This document shows, one piece after another, positions 7,998 to 15,910 of a DNA stretch of 64,000 nucleotides. The stretch lies in IMG/VR virus record IMGVR_UViG_3300009376_000001, one strand, 5' to 3'. The notes below the pieces were generated by a model. That model worked only from the letters and a program-made list of their open reading frames with translations, had not been told where the DNA came from and did not search any database. The stretch is from a virus. How positions within the stretch are numbered: the first letter of the stretch is position 1; the number at the start of each line of letters is the position of its first letter. The position numbers were made by a program, and so were the translations under genes.

Positions 7998-9668
7998 ATG
8001 TTAGTTAAATTTCCATATAACAAAGAATTAATCGAAGAGATTAAACAAATACCTGGCAGGAAATATGACCCTAATGAAAAGGGTTGGGATATTCCTGACC
8101 AGTTTTTACCTATGGCTGCAAACATGATTCAGGAATATTATCCAAATATTGCTGATATTGTTAGAGATTTCCACACACTCACTAATCCCAAACCCGACTT
8201 AGGTAATATTGCTACCGCAAAAGACATCGAAGAATTAGATGTAAAGTACAGTCAAAGAGCAGTACAAGATATTAAAGACCGCTTACAAACTCCATATGAT
8301 TTATATGCGTATCAAGAAATAGCTGTAGCGTTCTTAGAATCTCGTATACAAGATGGTAAAGGAGCATTGATAGGTGACCAACCAGGACTAGGTAAAACTA
8401 TAGAAACCCTAGCTTGGTTATCATTAAATTCTTCTAAACTTCCCGCCTTAGTAATTACTCAAGCATCTATTAAACGTAACTGGTATAGAGAAGTAGAAAA
8501 GTGGCTACCTACTGCTAACGTACAAATGCTCGACCAAGGTAAAGACGTTTTAGATACCAATGCAGATATAGTCATAATAAATTATGATCTTATATGGCGG
8601 AAAGGGATTGAAGAACAACTTCTTAAACGTAAATTCCCTGTAGTTGTTTATGACGAAGTGACATCTATTAAAGAATCCTCAGCTAAAAGAACTAAATCTG
8701 CGAAGAAATTAGGACGTAGAGCAGAATTCACTATTGGTTTATCTGGCACACCTATACTAAACAGACCTATAGAATTTTATAATATATTGAATTTAATAGA
8801 ACCAAAGCAATTTAGTTCCCAATTTAAATTCGGTATGCGGTATTGTAATGGGTACCATAATGGATTTGGTTATGTATTTAAGGGTTCTTCTCGTACAGAT
8901 GAACTGAGAGAACAGATACAACCTTTAATGATACGTAGACTGAAGGATGATGTACTAACGGAACTGCCTGCTAAGAGTCGTAGAACCATATTCATAGACA
9001 TGCCAGGTAAGTATTATCAGGATTATGTCGCTGCTGAAAATAATTTAGTAGAGACTCTTAGAAGTTTGCCATCAGGTAAAGTTTCTAATGAATACGAAGA
9101 AAGTCGAATGTGGCTTCTATCCAAACTTAATTACTTACGTCACATAGTAGGACTGTCTAAAGCAGAAGAAGCTCAAGCTATAATCAAGAATTTCGTAGAT
9201 GCAGGAGAAAAATTAGTGGTCTTTGCTCACCATCATGATGTCATAGACTTAATGGATGAATATCTGACTAAAGATAAGATTTCTCACGTAGCCGTAGATG
9301 GACGTACAGCAGGACCTAATAGACAAGAAGCTATAGATAAATTTCAAACAGATCCAGATTGTATGGTTTTTGTTGCATCCACAGCTATGGGAATGGGCGT
9401 AACATTGACTGCAGCATCCAATGCATTATTTGTAGAACGACAATGGACTCCAGGTATAGAAGAACAGATGGAAGACCGTCTACATAGGATTGGACAAACT
9501 AATGCCGTACTTGTCCATTATATGCAAGTAGAAGGCAGCTTAGACGAAAAAATGGATAAATTGGTAGAGAATAAACGAATAATATTGGATGAAGTTTTGG
9601 ATGGGGAAAAGAAACGAGATAAAGGTGAAAGCGTTATCAACGAATTATTAGCAGAATTAGCTAGATGA
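7998..9668 (+). CDS. SNF2-family (SMARCAL1/HARP-like) helicase
   Basis: N-terminal HARP-like FPYN...IPGRKYD...W; GDQPGLGKT, YDE, LSGTPILNRP, IRRLK, QMEDRLHRIGQ. Confidence 0.9.
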   Translation: MLVKFPYNKELIEEIKQIPGRKYDPNEKGWDIPDQFLPMAANMIQEYYPNIADIVRDFHTLTNPKPDLGNIATAKDIEELDVKYSQRAVQDIKDRLQTPYDLYAYQEIAVAFLESRIQDGKGALIGDQPGLGKTIETLAWLSLNSSKLPALVITQASIKRNWYREVEKWLPTANVQMLDQGKDVLDTNADIVIINYDLIWRKGIEEQLLKRKFPVVVYDEVTSIKESSAKRTKSAKKLGRRAEFTIGLSGTPILNRPIEFYNILNLIEPKQFSSQFKFGMRYCNGYHNGFGYVFKGSSRTDELREQIQPLMIRRLKDDVLTELPAKSRRTIFIDMPGKYYQDYVAAENNLVETLRSLPSGKVSNEYEESRMWLLSKLNYLRHIVGLSKAEEAQAIIKNFVDAGEKLVVFAHHHDVIDLMDEYLTKDKISHVAVDGRTAGPNRQEAIDKFQTDPDCMVFVASTAMGMGVTLTAASNALFVERQWTPGIEEQMEDRLHRIGQTNAVLVHYMQVEGSLDEKMDKLVENKRIILDEVLDGEKKRDKGESVINELLAELAR

Positions 9669-9850
9669 AGATAACACCTAAACGAATTATCATAGCTTTA
9701 GTCGTATTAATCCTAATATGTATACATTTAGGAAGGATGGATTATGAGAAGCGATGGACTCCCAGCAGGCTTATCTCCCCCGCAGGGAAAATGGATCCGG
9801 AAACTAAAGTGCTTATTCAGGAGATGCCAGTGGCAGATATGCGGTTGTGA
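9665..9850 (+). CDS. Small membrane protein
   Basis: N-terminal hydrophobic helix IIIALVVLILICIHL; start abuts the helicase stop. Confidence 0.5.
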   Translation: MKITPKRIIIALVVLILICIHLGRMDYEKRWTPSRLISPAGKMDPETKVLIQEMPVADMRL

Positions 9851-9922
9851 TAATAAGGGTAAACCGATTCACCCAGGAACACCGATGATGGGAGCCATGA
9901 TAATGTGCATATGGTGCCTACG

Positions 9923-9960
9923 AAAAAAACCCCAGTCTTTATGACTGGGGTTTTCTTTTT
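9923..9960. terminator. Bidirectional intrinsic terminator between convergent arms
   Basis: AAAACCCCAGTC-TTTAT-GACTGGGGTTTT perfect stem flanked by A-run and T-run. Confidence 0.9.
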
Positions 9961-9974
9961 GCCAAGATTTATGA

Positions 9975-10853
9975 TTATTTAACTGTGATTGGCGTATCAA
10001 CGATGTTATCCGTCATTACACGGGCTTTCACCGTATCATTTACGACAAAATCGGCTGTGTCGATTCCGTCACCATCACCAAATTTGGATGTATTATCCAT
10101 TGTGAACGACCCAGCTTTAACGTAATCTACGTTCCAACCACCAACACTACAGTCCACATCAGTCATAGCTAGAGTACCAATCACCGCATCACCGCCCAAA
10201 ACAATCAGAACACGGTCAACCACTGAGTTCTGAGCGATGAACTCACCAGAACCACGAGTGGAATTGATTTCCAAATCTGTAATAGTCGAATCGATAGTCG
10301 TTTCCACGGTATGCCCATCGACGTATGGTGCTAGAGACAGATTAGCAATCTCCGCATTAGCGAAATCAGCACTAGGTGCGCTAACACCCGTTGCAGTCCA
10401 GTTGTCCACGTACAGCCAACCTGACGTATTCTGTTTTCTGGTGATTTCGATACAATCTGTTAGCCCAGTTTTTCCCAAATCTAAATTATTTAGTGTAAGC
10501 GAGGTTAATCTAACTCCAGCAGCTAGATTAATTTTTAGAGTTTGGGAAGCTCTGGCTGGATCCTCAGCATCTGGAGCTAATGCAATACCATTGGTATTTG
10601 GCAAACCATATTCAGCACCAGGCTCAGGCCATGTAGGTACATTATCAGTGTTACTAATCACTAATGCGAAAGTACCACCAAAACCTATTGCCACTGTAAG
10701 TAGACCAAGTAGAGCAACTTTTGCTCCACCTACCCTAATCATCTTAGGGATTGGAATACGTATAGCAGTAAGTAACTTCAAGTACGGTAACCCTATTTGG
10801 GGTATACGTGCTGAAGGGATAGAAATCGTCTTCGGCCCTAATTTAAATCTCAT
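9975..10853 (-). CDS. Membrane-anchored beta-rich protein
   Basis: Basic N-terminus, one TM helix (ALLGLLTVAIGFGGTFALVI), Asp/Thr-rich beta-strand repeats. Confidence 0.65.
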   Translation of the reverse strand: MRFKLGPKTISIPSARIPQIGLPYLKLLTAIRIPIPKMIRVGGAKVALLGLLTVAIGFGGTFALVISNTDNVPTWPEPGAEYGLPNTNGIALAPDAEDPARASQTLKINLAAGVRLTSLTLNNLDLGKTGLTDCIEITRKQNTSGWLYVDNWTATGVSAPSADFANAEIANLSLAPYVDGHTVETTIDSTITDLEINSTRGSGEFIAQNSVVDRVLIVLGGDAVIGTLAMTDVDCSVGGWNVDYVKAGSFTMDNTSKFGDGDGIDTADFVVNDTVKARVMTDNIVDTPITVK

Positions 10854-10856
10854 TAT

Positions 10857-11186
10857 TTATTCCCTATCTTTATTTTTTTTATCTTCAGCAAACCTTCCGA
10901 CTACGGCTCCTAGTGCGCCGGATACTGGGTTTGCGAATATCGCAAATGCCACCAAAATTATGTCGAGATGCGGAGCCACTTGGTCTGGATTACTTGTCGT
11001 TTTCCATACAATTATGATACCAAGGATCACGAAAGCAGCAATCACAGGGCCAACCATTAAAAGGGTTAGGAATTCTGTACCACTGAGGGTTGTAGTAGCT
11101 TTAACTCGTAAATTGGCAATCTCCTCTCTAGCTTGGGCTAGCTCTTCCCGCATTTCTTGGATTTGATCTCTCTCATCTCTCGCCAT
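10857..11186 (-). CDS. Holin-like membrane protein
   Basis: Coiled-coil N-terminus, two TM helices, charged C-terminal tail. Confidence 0.55.
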   Translation of the reverse strand: MARDERDQIQEMREELAQAREEIANLRVKATTTLSGTEFLTLLMVGPVIAAFVILGIIIVWKTTSNPDQVAPHLDIILVAFAIFANPVSGALGAVVGRFAEDKKNKDRE

Positions 11187-11598
11187 TAGTATCTGCCTCT
11201 ATCCCTCGTACCGTACCAACACTTAAAGCTAAGAATTCCTGTACCGATATATCCAATTTCCTACTTTCTTCCACTATTTCGGTATATCCCATTTCTTTAA
11301 TTAGTGCAGAAGTTAATGCATCATCTTTACGAATCTTTTTATTAATAAGTTTAGAAATAATTAGAGGTGGAACTAATTCTCCTAAATGCTCACTCATCTC
11401 AGTACGATGATACGGAGAATGGTGCGCTAACATTCCAACTTTTACTTGGTTTCTAAGAGCATCTTCTACAAACACTCCCCAAATTAGAGAAACTTTAGTT
11501 TCTAAGCGTGAAAACTTAACGCCAAAACCATAAACAATTCCAGCAACTGCTAAAACACCTGAGATTGCACCTATTATAGATACTATTTCAGTATTCAT
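11173..11598 (-). CDS. Membrane protein with N-terminal TM helix
   Basis: IVSIIGAISGVLAVAGIVYGFGV followed by a soluble domain. Confidence 0.6.
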   Translation of the reverse strand: MNTEIVSIIGAISGVLAVAGIVYGFGVKFSRLETKVSLIWGVFVEDALRNQVKVGMLAHHSPYHRTEMSEHLGELVPPLIISKLINKKIRKDDALTSALIKEMGYTEIVEESRKLDISVQEFLALSVGTVRGIEADTNGER

Positions 11599-11783
11599 CT
11601 CAAAGTTTTACTCTTTAATTTAAATAAAAGATTCACTGCAATCACTAGTTCTGCAGGAAATGAACGATTTCCGCAATTTATACAGTATACCTCATATGTG
11701 TTGTCCGGTAAAATGCTGTAATCTAATTCAATCCGACCAGCACATTTCGGACAAGAGTGTTTAGTTAGTAGTTCGTTCAACAT
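11595..11783 (-). CDS. Zn-ribbon protein
   Basis: CPKCAG...CINCG. Confidence 0.65.
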   Translation of the reverse strand: MLNELLTKHSCPKCAGRIELDYSILPDNTYEVYCINCGNRSFPAELVIAVNLLFKLKSKTLR

Positions 11784-12195
11784 CTGGCAACGCTTCGAAA
11801 TCTAATAGACGTTTGTACAATTTATCTCTACTCTTTGGAGCTAACTCTTTAGACCAGATTATTAAAGTTTGATAATCACTACGTGCAAACAAATCTATTC
11901 TTTCTTGTTCCTCTTTAGGTAGATGCCATCGTTCTCCATACATTTCAACAATCTTTCGACTTTCAAGATGTATAAAGTCTGGACACATCCCGCTTAAAAT
12001 AAATTGTCCATTTCCCGTATATTTATAAGGTAACCCCAAATAACACATTATCCCGAACAGAGTCATTTCCGCATTGTTTGGCTCTTGTCGGGATAATCTG
12101 TCCCAGAAAGCAGCGGATTTACTTATCTGTCGCTTCTTTCTGGGCTTACTACTAGCAGTAGTCCGTTTTCTAGTTTTCAGTTTCGGCATGTACAC
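11761..12195 (-). CDS. Vsr/DUF559-like PD-(D/E)xK endonuclease
   Basis: PNNAE...CPDF...IVEMYGERWH...TLIIW. Confidence 0.75.
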   Translation of the reverse strand: MYMPKLKTRKRTTASSKPRKKRQISKSAAFWDRLSRQEPNNAEMTLFGIMCYLGLPYKYTGNGQFILSGMCPDFIHLESRKIVEMYGERWHLPKEEQERIDLFARSDYQTLIIWSKELAPKSRDKLYKRLLDFEALPDVERTTN

Positions 12196-12607
12196 CGATA
12201 AAAAGAGGATGCGATTGTTCAGGTAATTTAGATATTACTATTGTTAGTTCATCCTCTGCGACTCTATCTGCAGAATTAGTGATACGACTAGTAGTCAAGA
12301 ACATGTGAAACATCTCCACCCATTGTTGAATGACACTTAATCGTAAATCTAACTTATCCATCCTAGCGTTTAGTCTACTTTCTGAGTTGGCATCCGCTAG
12401 ACGATTAGTACCAGAACCAGAATCAAGAGCAGTTATTCTATTTTTAAGTTCTTCAATCTCTTTTCTAAGTTCTATTACCTCTTCATTAGGCTTATTAGTA
12501 GAACCTGCTGGACGACCTCGTCCTTTTTTAATCTCAATAACAGGTTCTTCTGTTACGCTATCTAGATGCTCTTCAACTTCGTCCTGTACCTCATTATTCT
12601 GTACCAT
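12170..12607 (-). CDS. Coiled-coil protein with AT-hook
   Basis: KKGRGRPAGSTNK followed by heptad repeats; AGGAG RBS. Confidence 0.65.
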   Translation of the reverse strand: MVQNNEVQDEVEEHLDSVTEEPVIEIKKGRGRPAGSTNKPNEEVIELRKEIEELKNRITALDSGSGTNRLADANSESRLNARMDKLDLRLSVIQQWVEMFHMFLTTSRITNSADRVAEDELTIVISKLPEQSHPLFIGVHAETEN

Positions 12608-12629
12608 AACCTTTCTCCTTGTCCGTTTT

Positions 12630-13025
12630 CTAATTACCGTATCCCCCGTAAGTCCTTCGTTCTCCGCTAGGCAACAATCCTGCTTGGCCTAGTTCTTTAA
12701 GAACATCATTGAATCCAGAATGATCAGCCATGATAGTACGCATTTCATTATCAGCTAAAGCTATCTGTTCTTTTAAATTTACAATAGTTTCTTCCTGTTC
12801 GTCAATCTTAGAAGTAAGTTCTCTAAATCTGTTATCCCAGATAGTATGAAGTCGTTCTACTTCACTATCTATCTGTTCGTGAATGCCTGTAACTTCTTCT
12901 TGTAATACATCTATTTGGCTGCCAGTACCTGTAACATCATTACGAAGAGTTAGTACCCAACCAATTAGACCAATCGCTATTATTATTAAAGGTATAACCG
13001 TAGCAATTAAACTTAATTTACTCAT
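12630..13025 (-). CDS. TM plus coiled-coil protein (lysis/spanin-like architecture)
   Basis: N-terminal TM helix then long coiled coil. Confidence 0.55.
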   Translation of the reverse strand: MSKLSLIATVIPLIIIAIGLIGWVLTLRNDVTGTGSQIDVLQEEVTGIHEQIDSEVERLHTIWDNRFRELTSKIDEQEETIVNLKEQIALADNEMRTIMADHSGFNDVLKELGQAGLLPSGERRTYGGYGN

Positions 13026-13426
13026 TACGGTAATCCATAAGTATTTGGTTCACGATCTTCCGCATCTTCCCCACCAATCGCAGATTGCTCTGTACGGTCT
13101 TCTCTACGAGGTCTAGCCTCTTCCTGCAGTTTCCGATTCTGCATTAAAGTTTGAATTGTATTTTGCAATTCAAACAGTAACGCCTTACCATATTCCATTT
13201 TCTCTAGATTTAAAACTAAATTATAAATCTCTAAAGCAGGACCAGAAGACGTGGCAGTATTTACGTCTTCTATTACAACAGCTTCAGATACAGCATCTTC
13301 AGATTTTTGTAAATCAATATGCAAGTCAGGATAATGCACCTGACCTACAGGATGCCAACGACTATAACCATCATGTTGATGGTGTCCGTCTTTTTGTAGT
13401 AATTTAGGTCGTCCTGCCCTACCCAT
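13025..13426 (-). CDS. Hypothetical protein with His-rich N-terminus and DLQKS motif
   Basis: Overlaps end of cca; HHQHDGYSRWHP. Confidence 0.6.
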   Translation of the reverse strand: MGRAGRPKLLQKDGHHQHDGYSRWHPVGQVHYPDLHIDLQKSEDAVSEAVVIEDVNTATSSGPALEIYNLVLNLEKMEYGKALLFELQNTIQTLMQNRKLQEEARPRREDRTEQSAIGGEDAEDREPNTYGLP

Positions 13427-14954
13427 TCACGTCCACCAAATTTAACATGTAATCCACATCATTCAAACCAATATCATGTCCAAGTAAAATATTTAAAGAA
13501 TCTTCTACTAACACACGTTCTAAATCAAGAGACTTTTCTAATTCTTCATCAGCTTTAGTATCAGCTACTATAGGAGCAGCTTCTGATTTTTTAACTAACG
13601 CTTTAACCTTTTTTACTAGATCTGGATCCCAATCCTTACCTTGTTTATGAGCAGCTGCATCCGCTTCCACAAGTTTAAAGAACCTATCGATATCGCCACC
13701 TAAAGTTAAAGCTAATTTCCTATATTCTTCAGGCTGTCCTTTAGTTCCAACTTTACTAACGAAGAGATGATTTTCAACTATATTAGTTACACGCTTTACT
13801 ACTGAAATAGGTATTCCTAAATCAGTAAGAGCCTTTTTAGTTATCTCTGCGCCCTTTTTATCGTGTCCAGGGAATGATTTCTGGTCATCCGTAGCAGTAT
13901 GAGGCTTTCCTATATCATGGAATAAAATAGCTAGATTTAGCACTAAATCATCTGACTGAGCATGTTTTAAGGCAGCAAGCGTATGTCCCCATACATCTTT
14001 CATATGCGTTGGGCCACGTTGCTTAAATCCTACCATTTTTTCTAAATCAGTACAAATATACTTTAATATATCATAATCAGCTAAGAATTTTAGGGATATC
14101 CACGGCTTTTCTGTCTGAATTATCTTAACTACTTCGTAACCAATACGACGTTTTTTAAGAGTTCCTACTTTTTCAGCCGTCTTTTTAACACCTGAAAGGA
14201 AAGTAGGATGCGGTTTTAGGGGATAATCAGCTAAAAATCTAGCTCCTCGTAAAATACGTGCAGGGTCAGATTCAAATGCCGTTACACTATCACTATTAGG
14301 AGAACGTAACCATTTCTTTTTTACATCTTCTAAACCACGAGTAGGATCATAAAACTGTCCAGTTACCGATTGAGCAATAGCATTAATAGTAAAATCTCTA
14401 CTACGGAGGTTTTCTAATAATTCCTCACCAGTAGTAGAGATTAAATCAACACGAATTCCTCCTATCATGAAAGACAATCGTGCGTGAGAGTTATTTTTTT
14501 CTTTAAACTCTATATTTAATTGCTTTAGGATATTTTTCGCTTGTTCTAAATCAACAGTTGCAACTAAATCTAAATCCTTAGATACTTTTTTAAAGAACTT
14601 ATCTCTGACATATCCTCCAACAAAATAAATAGGAAGATAATTACCTAAAGTTCTAATCCAATCAGCAGCCTTTTTCCGCTGCTCTAAATGTTCTGCTACC
14701 TTAGGATTTACCCAAGCAGTCCTAGCTCGTTCAAAAGTACGTCCACCACGATGAACAAGCTCATATATTTTCGTTCTGACTTTGCCTTTAGGGGTTTCAG
14801 GTGAACCTTTTTCACCAGGAGCTTGTTCTTCTAATCGATGTTTTTCGGCTCGTGGGTCATCGGCTGCCTCAGGACGATCATAAGATGGACCTACTTCCTC
14901 GTGTTTAGCGAGGAAGTAGTCCAACTTTAATAATGTGCGGTCAACTGAATCCAT
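13419..14954 (-). CDS. cca: Class II tRNA nucleotidyltransferase (CCA-adding/PAP family) with HD domain and ~95-aa N-terminal extension
   Basis: VGGYVRD, DLD, RDFTINAIA, DPARILRGARF, then H...HT...LFHDIGKP...GHD...H...D HD domain. Confidence 0.9.
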   Translation of the reverse strand: MDSVDRTLLKLDYFLAKHEEVGPSYDRPEAADDPRAEKHRLEEQAPGEKGSPETPKGKVRTKIYELVHRGGRTFERARTAWVNPKVAEHLEQRKKAADWIRTLGNYLPIYFVGGYVRDKFFKKVSKDLDLVATVDLEQAKNILKQLNIEFKEKNNSHARLSFMIGGIRVDLISTTGEELLENLRSRDFTINAIAQSVTGQFYDPTRGLEDVKKKWLRSPNSDSVTAFESDPARILRGARFLADYPLKPHPTFLSGVKKTAEKVGTLKKRRIGYEVVKIIQTEKPWISLKFLADYDILKYICTDLEKMVGFKQRGPTHMKDVWGHTLAALKHAQSDDLVLNLAILFHDIGKPHTATDDQKSFPGHDKKGAEITKKALTDLGIPISVVKRVTNIVENHLFVSKVGTKGQPEEYRKLALTLGGDIDRFFKLVEADAAAHKQGKDWDPDLVKKVKALVKKSEAAPIVADTKADEELEKSLDLERVLVEDSLNILLGHDIGLNDVDYMLNLVDVNG

Positions 14955-14959
14955 TTATC

Positions 14960-15127
14960 TTACTTATCAGTCTGAATGATGTCTTTTACCAAAGCTACAA
15001 TACCGCCAGTGGCTCCAGCAGCTATTTCAGTCTGGGTCATGAACATTGCATACCCAGCTACCCCACCCAAAATCACGACTGCCATAAATGCCTGGGGACG
15101 GATCTTATCTACTAGTTTAGCTAACAT
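14960..15127 (-). CDS. 55-aa two-TM membrane protein (holin-like), not in ORF track
   Basis: GAGG RBS; MLAKLVDKIRPQAFMAVVILGGVAGYAMFMTQTEIAAGATGGIVALVKDIIQTDK*; fills the gap exactly. Confidence 0.7.
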   Translation of the reverse strand: MLAKLVDKIRPQAFMAVVILGGVAGYAMFMTQTEIAAGATGGIVALVKDIIQTDK

Positions 15128-15139
15128 ACAACCTCTTAC

Positions 15140-15553
15140 TTATTTTTTGGCACGAGAATAGCGTTTGCTCTCCCCGCCCTTAATAGTTTGTAATTTATCT
15201 AATTCACGAAGAATTTCCTCGTGATCATCATCTGTAGCTTTCTTGGCTATAAACCCCGCTCCAGTTATAGCATCCAAAGCTTCTTCTTTATCGACATCCA
15301 TAATGACCGCACTATGGGACAATTCCTTCCCATCAGAACCGAGCGGGCGGAGAAATGTAAACATCTCTTCGAAGTACTCATTTCGCTCATCTTTAGTAAT
15401 CTGAGCGTGGAAGTTGCCAGTGGCATTCTCAGCAACTTGTCCTAAATAAGTACCTATCCCATCAAAAATAAACCATATCTCAGGATATTGGTCTTCTTCT
15501 TTTTCATCTTTATCATCATCGGCTTCTTCAGCCTTTAGTAATACGTCTTCCAT
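15140..15553 (-). CDS. Acidic hypothetical protein with N-terminal LLKA motif
   Basis: MEDVLLKAEE; TAATG coupling to upstream gene. Confidence 0.7.
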   Translation of the reverse strand: MEDVLLKAEEADDDKDEKEEDQYPEIWFIFDGIGTYLGQVAENATGNFHAQITKDERNEYFEEMFTFLRPLGSDGKELSHSAVIMDVDKEEALDAITGAGFIAKKATDDDHEEILRELDKLQTIKGGESKRYSRAKK

Positions 15554-15846
15554 TATAGCCCACCTTGCTTCTTTACTAATTCTCTAGCATCGTCAACTGG
15601 CATAATCTGTCCGATACCATGAGGATTCCGATGTATGACATTTAAGAAACCAAATAATTCGCTAGAAGGCATTGGGCCGTCATTTTCTTCAGCCCAAATA
15701 CTATCTGCAGCTTTAAAATCAGACTCTAACATCTCTTTAACACCTTCATGTTTAGAAAGAATCTTTCGATTACCTAAAACTACAGCATCTAATTCTAATT
15801 CAGCATCAAAATTTTTAATACTAGTTAATACCCATACGTCTGCCAT
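15553..15846 (-). CDS. Small protein downstream of kinase 1 (candidate immunity/regulator)
   Basis: GGAG RBS, own promoter; VVLGNRKILSK motif shared with the N-terminus of 28348-30339. Confidence 0.7.
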   Translation of the reverse strand: MADVWVLTSIKNFDAELELDAVVLGNRKILSKHEGVKEMLESDFKAADSIWAEENDGPMPSSELFGFLNVIHRNPHGIGQIMPVDDARELVKKQGGL

Positions 15847-15878
15847 AATTATACACTCCGAGATTTGATAGTACTAGT

Positions 15879-15908
15879 AGTATAACATAAAATACTACTA
15901 TAAGTCAA
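15879..15908 (-). promoter_or_regulatory. Sigma70-type promoter
   Basis: Reverse complement TTGACT-N18-TATACT with TG extension. Confidence 0.75.
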
Positions 15909-15910
15909 TG

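Noticed and set aside
10237-11166. 309-aa + strand ORF and the other antisense ORFs in the track (e.g. 1772-2077, 6995-7360, 16929-17321, 29675-30061, 63087-63710)
   Set aside because: They shadow well-supported genes on the opposite strand and lack RBSs or motifs
14933-15161. + strand ORFs of 60 and 61 aa
   Set aside because: The - strand 55-aa membrane ORF with an RBS fits the operon better
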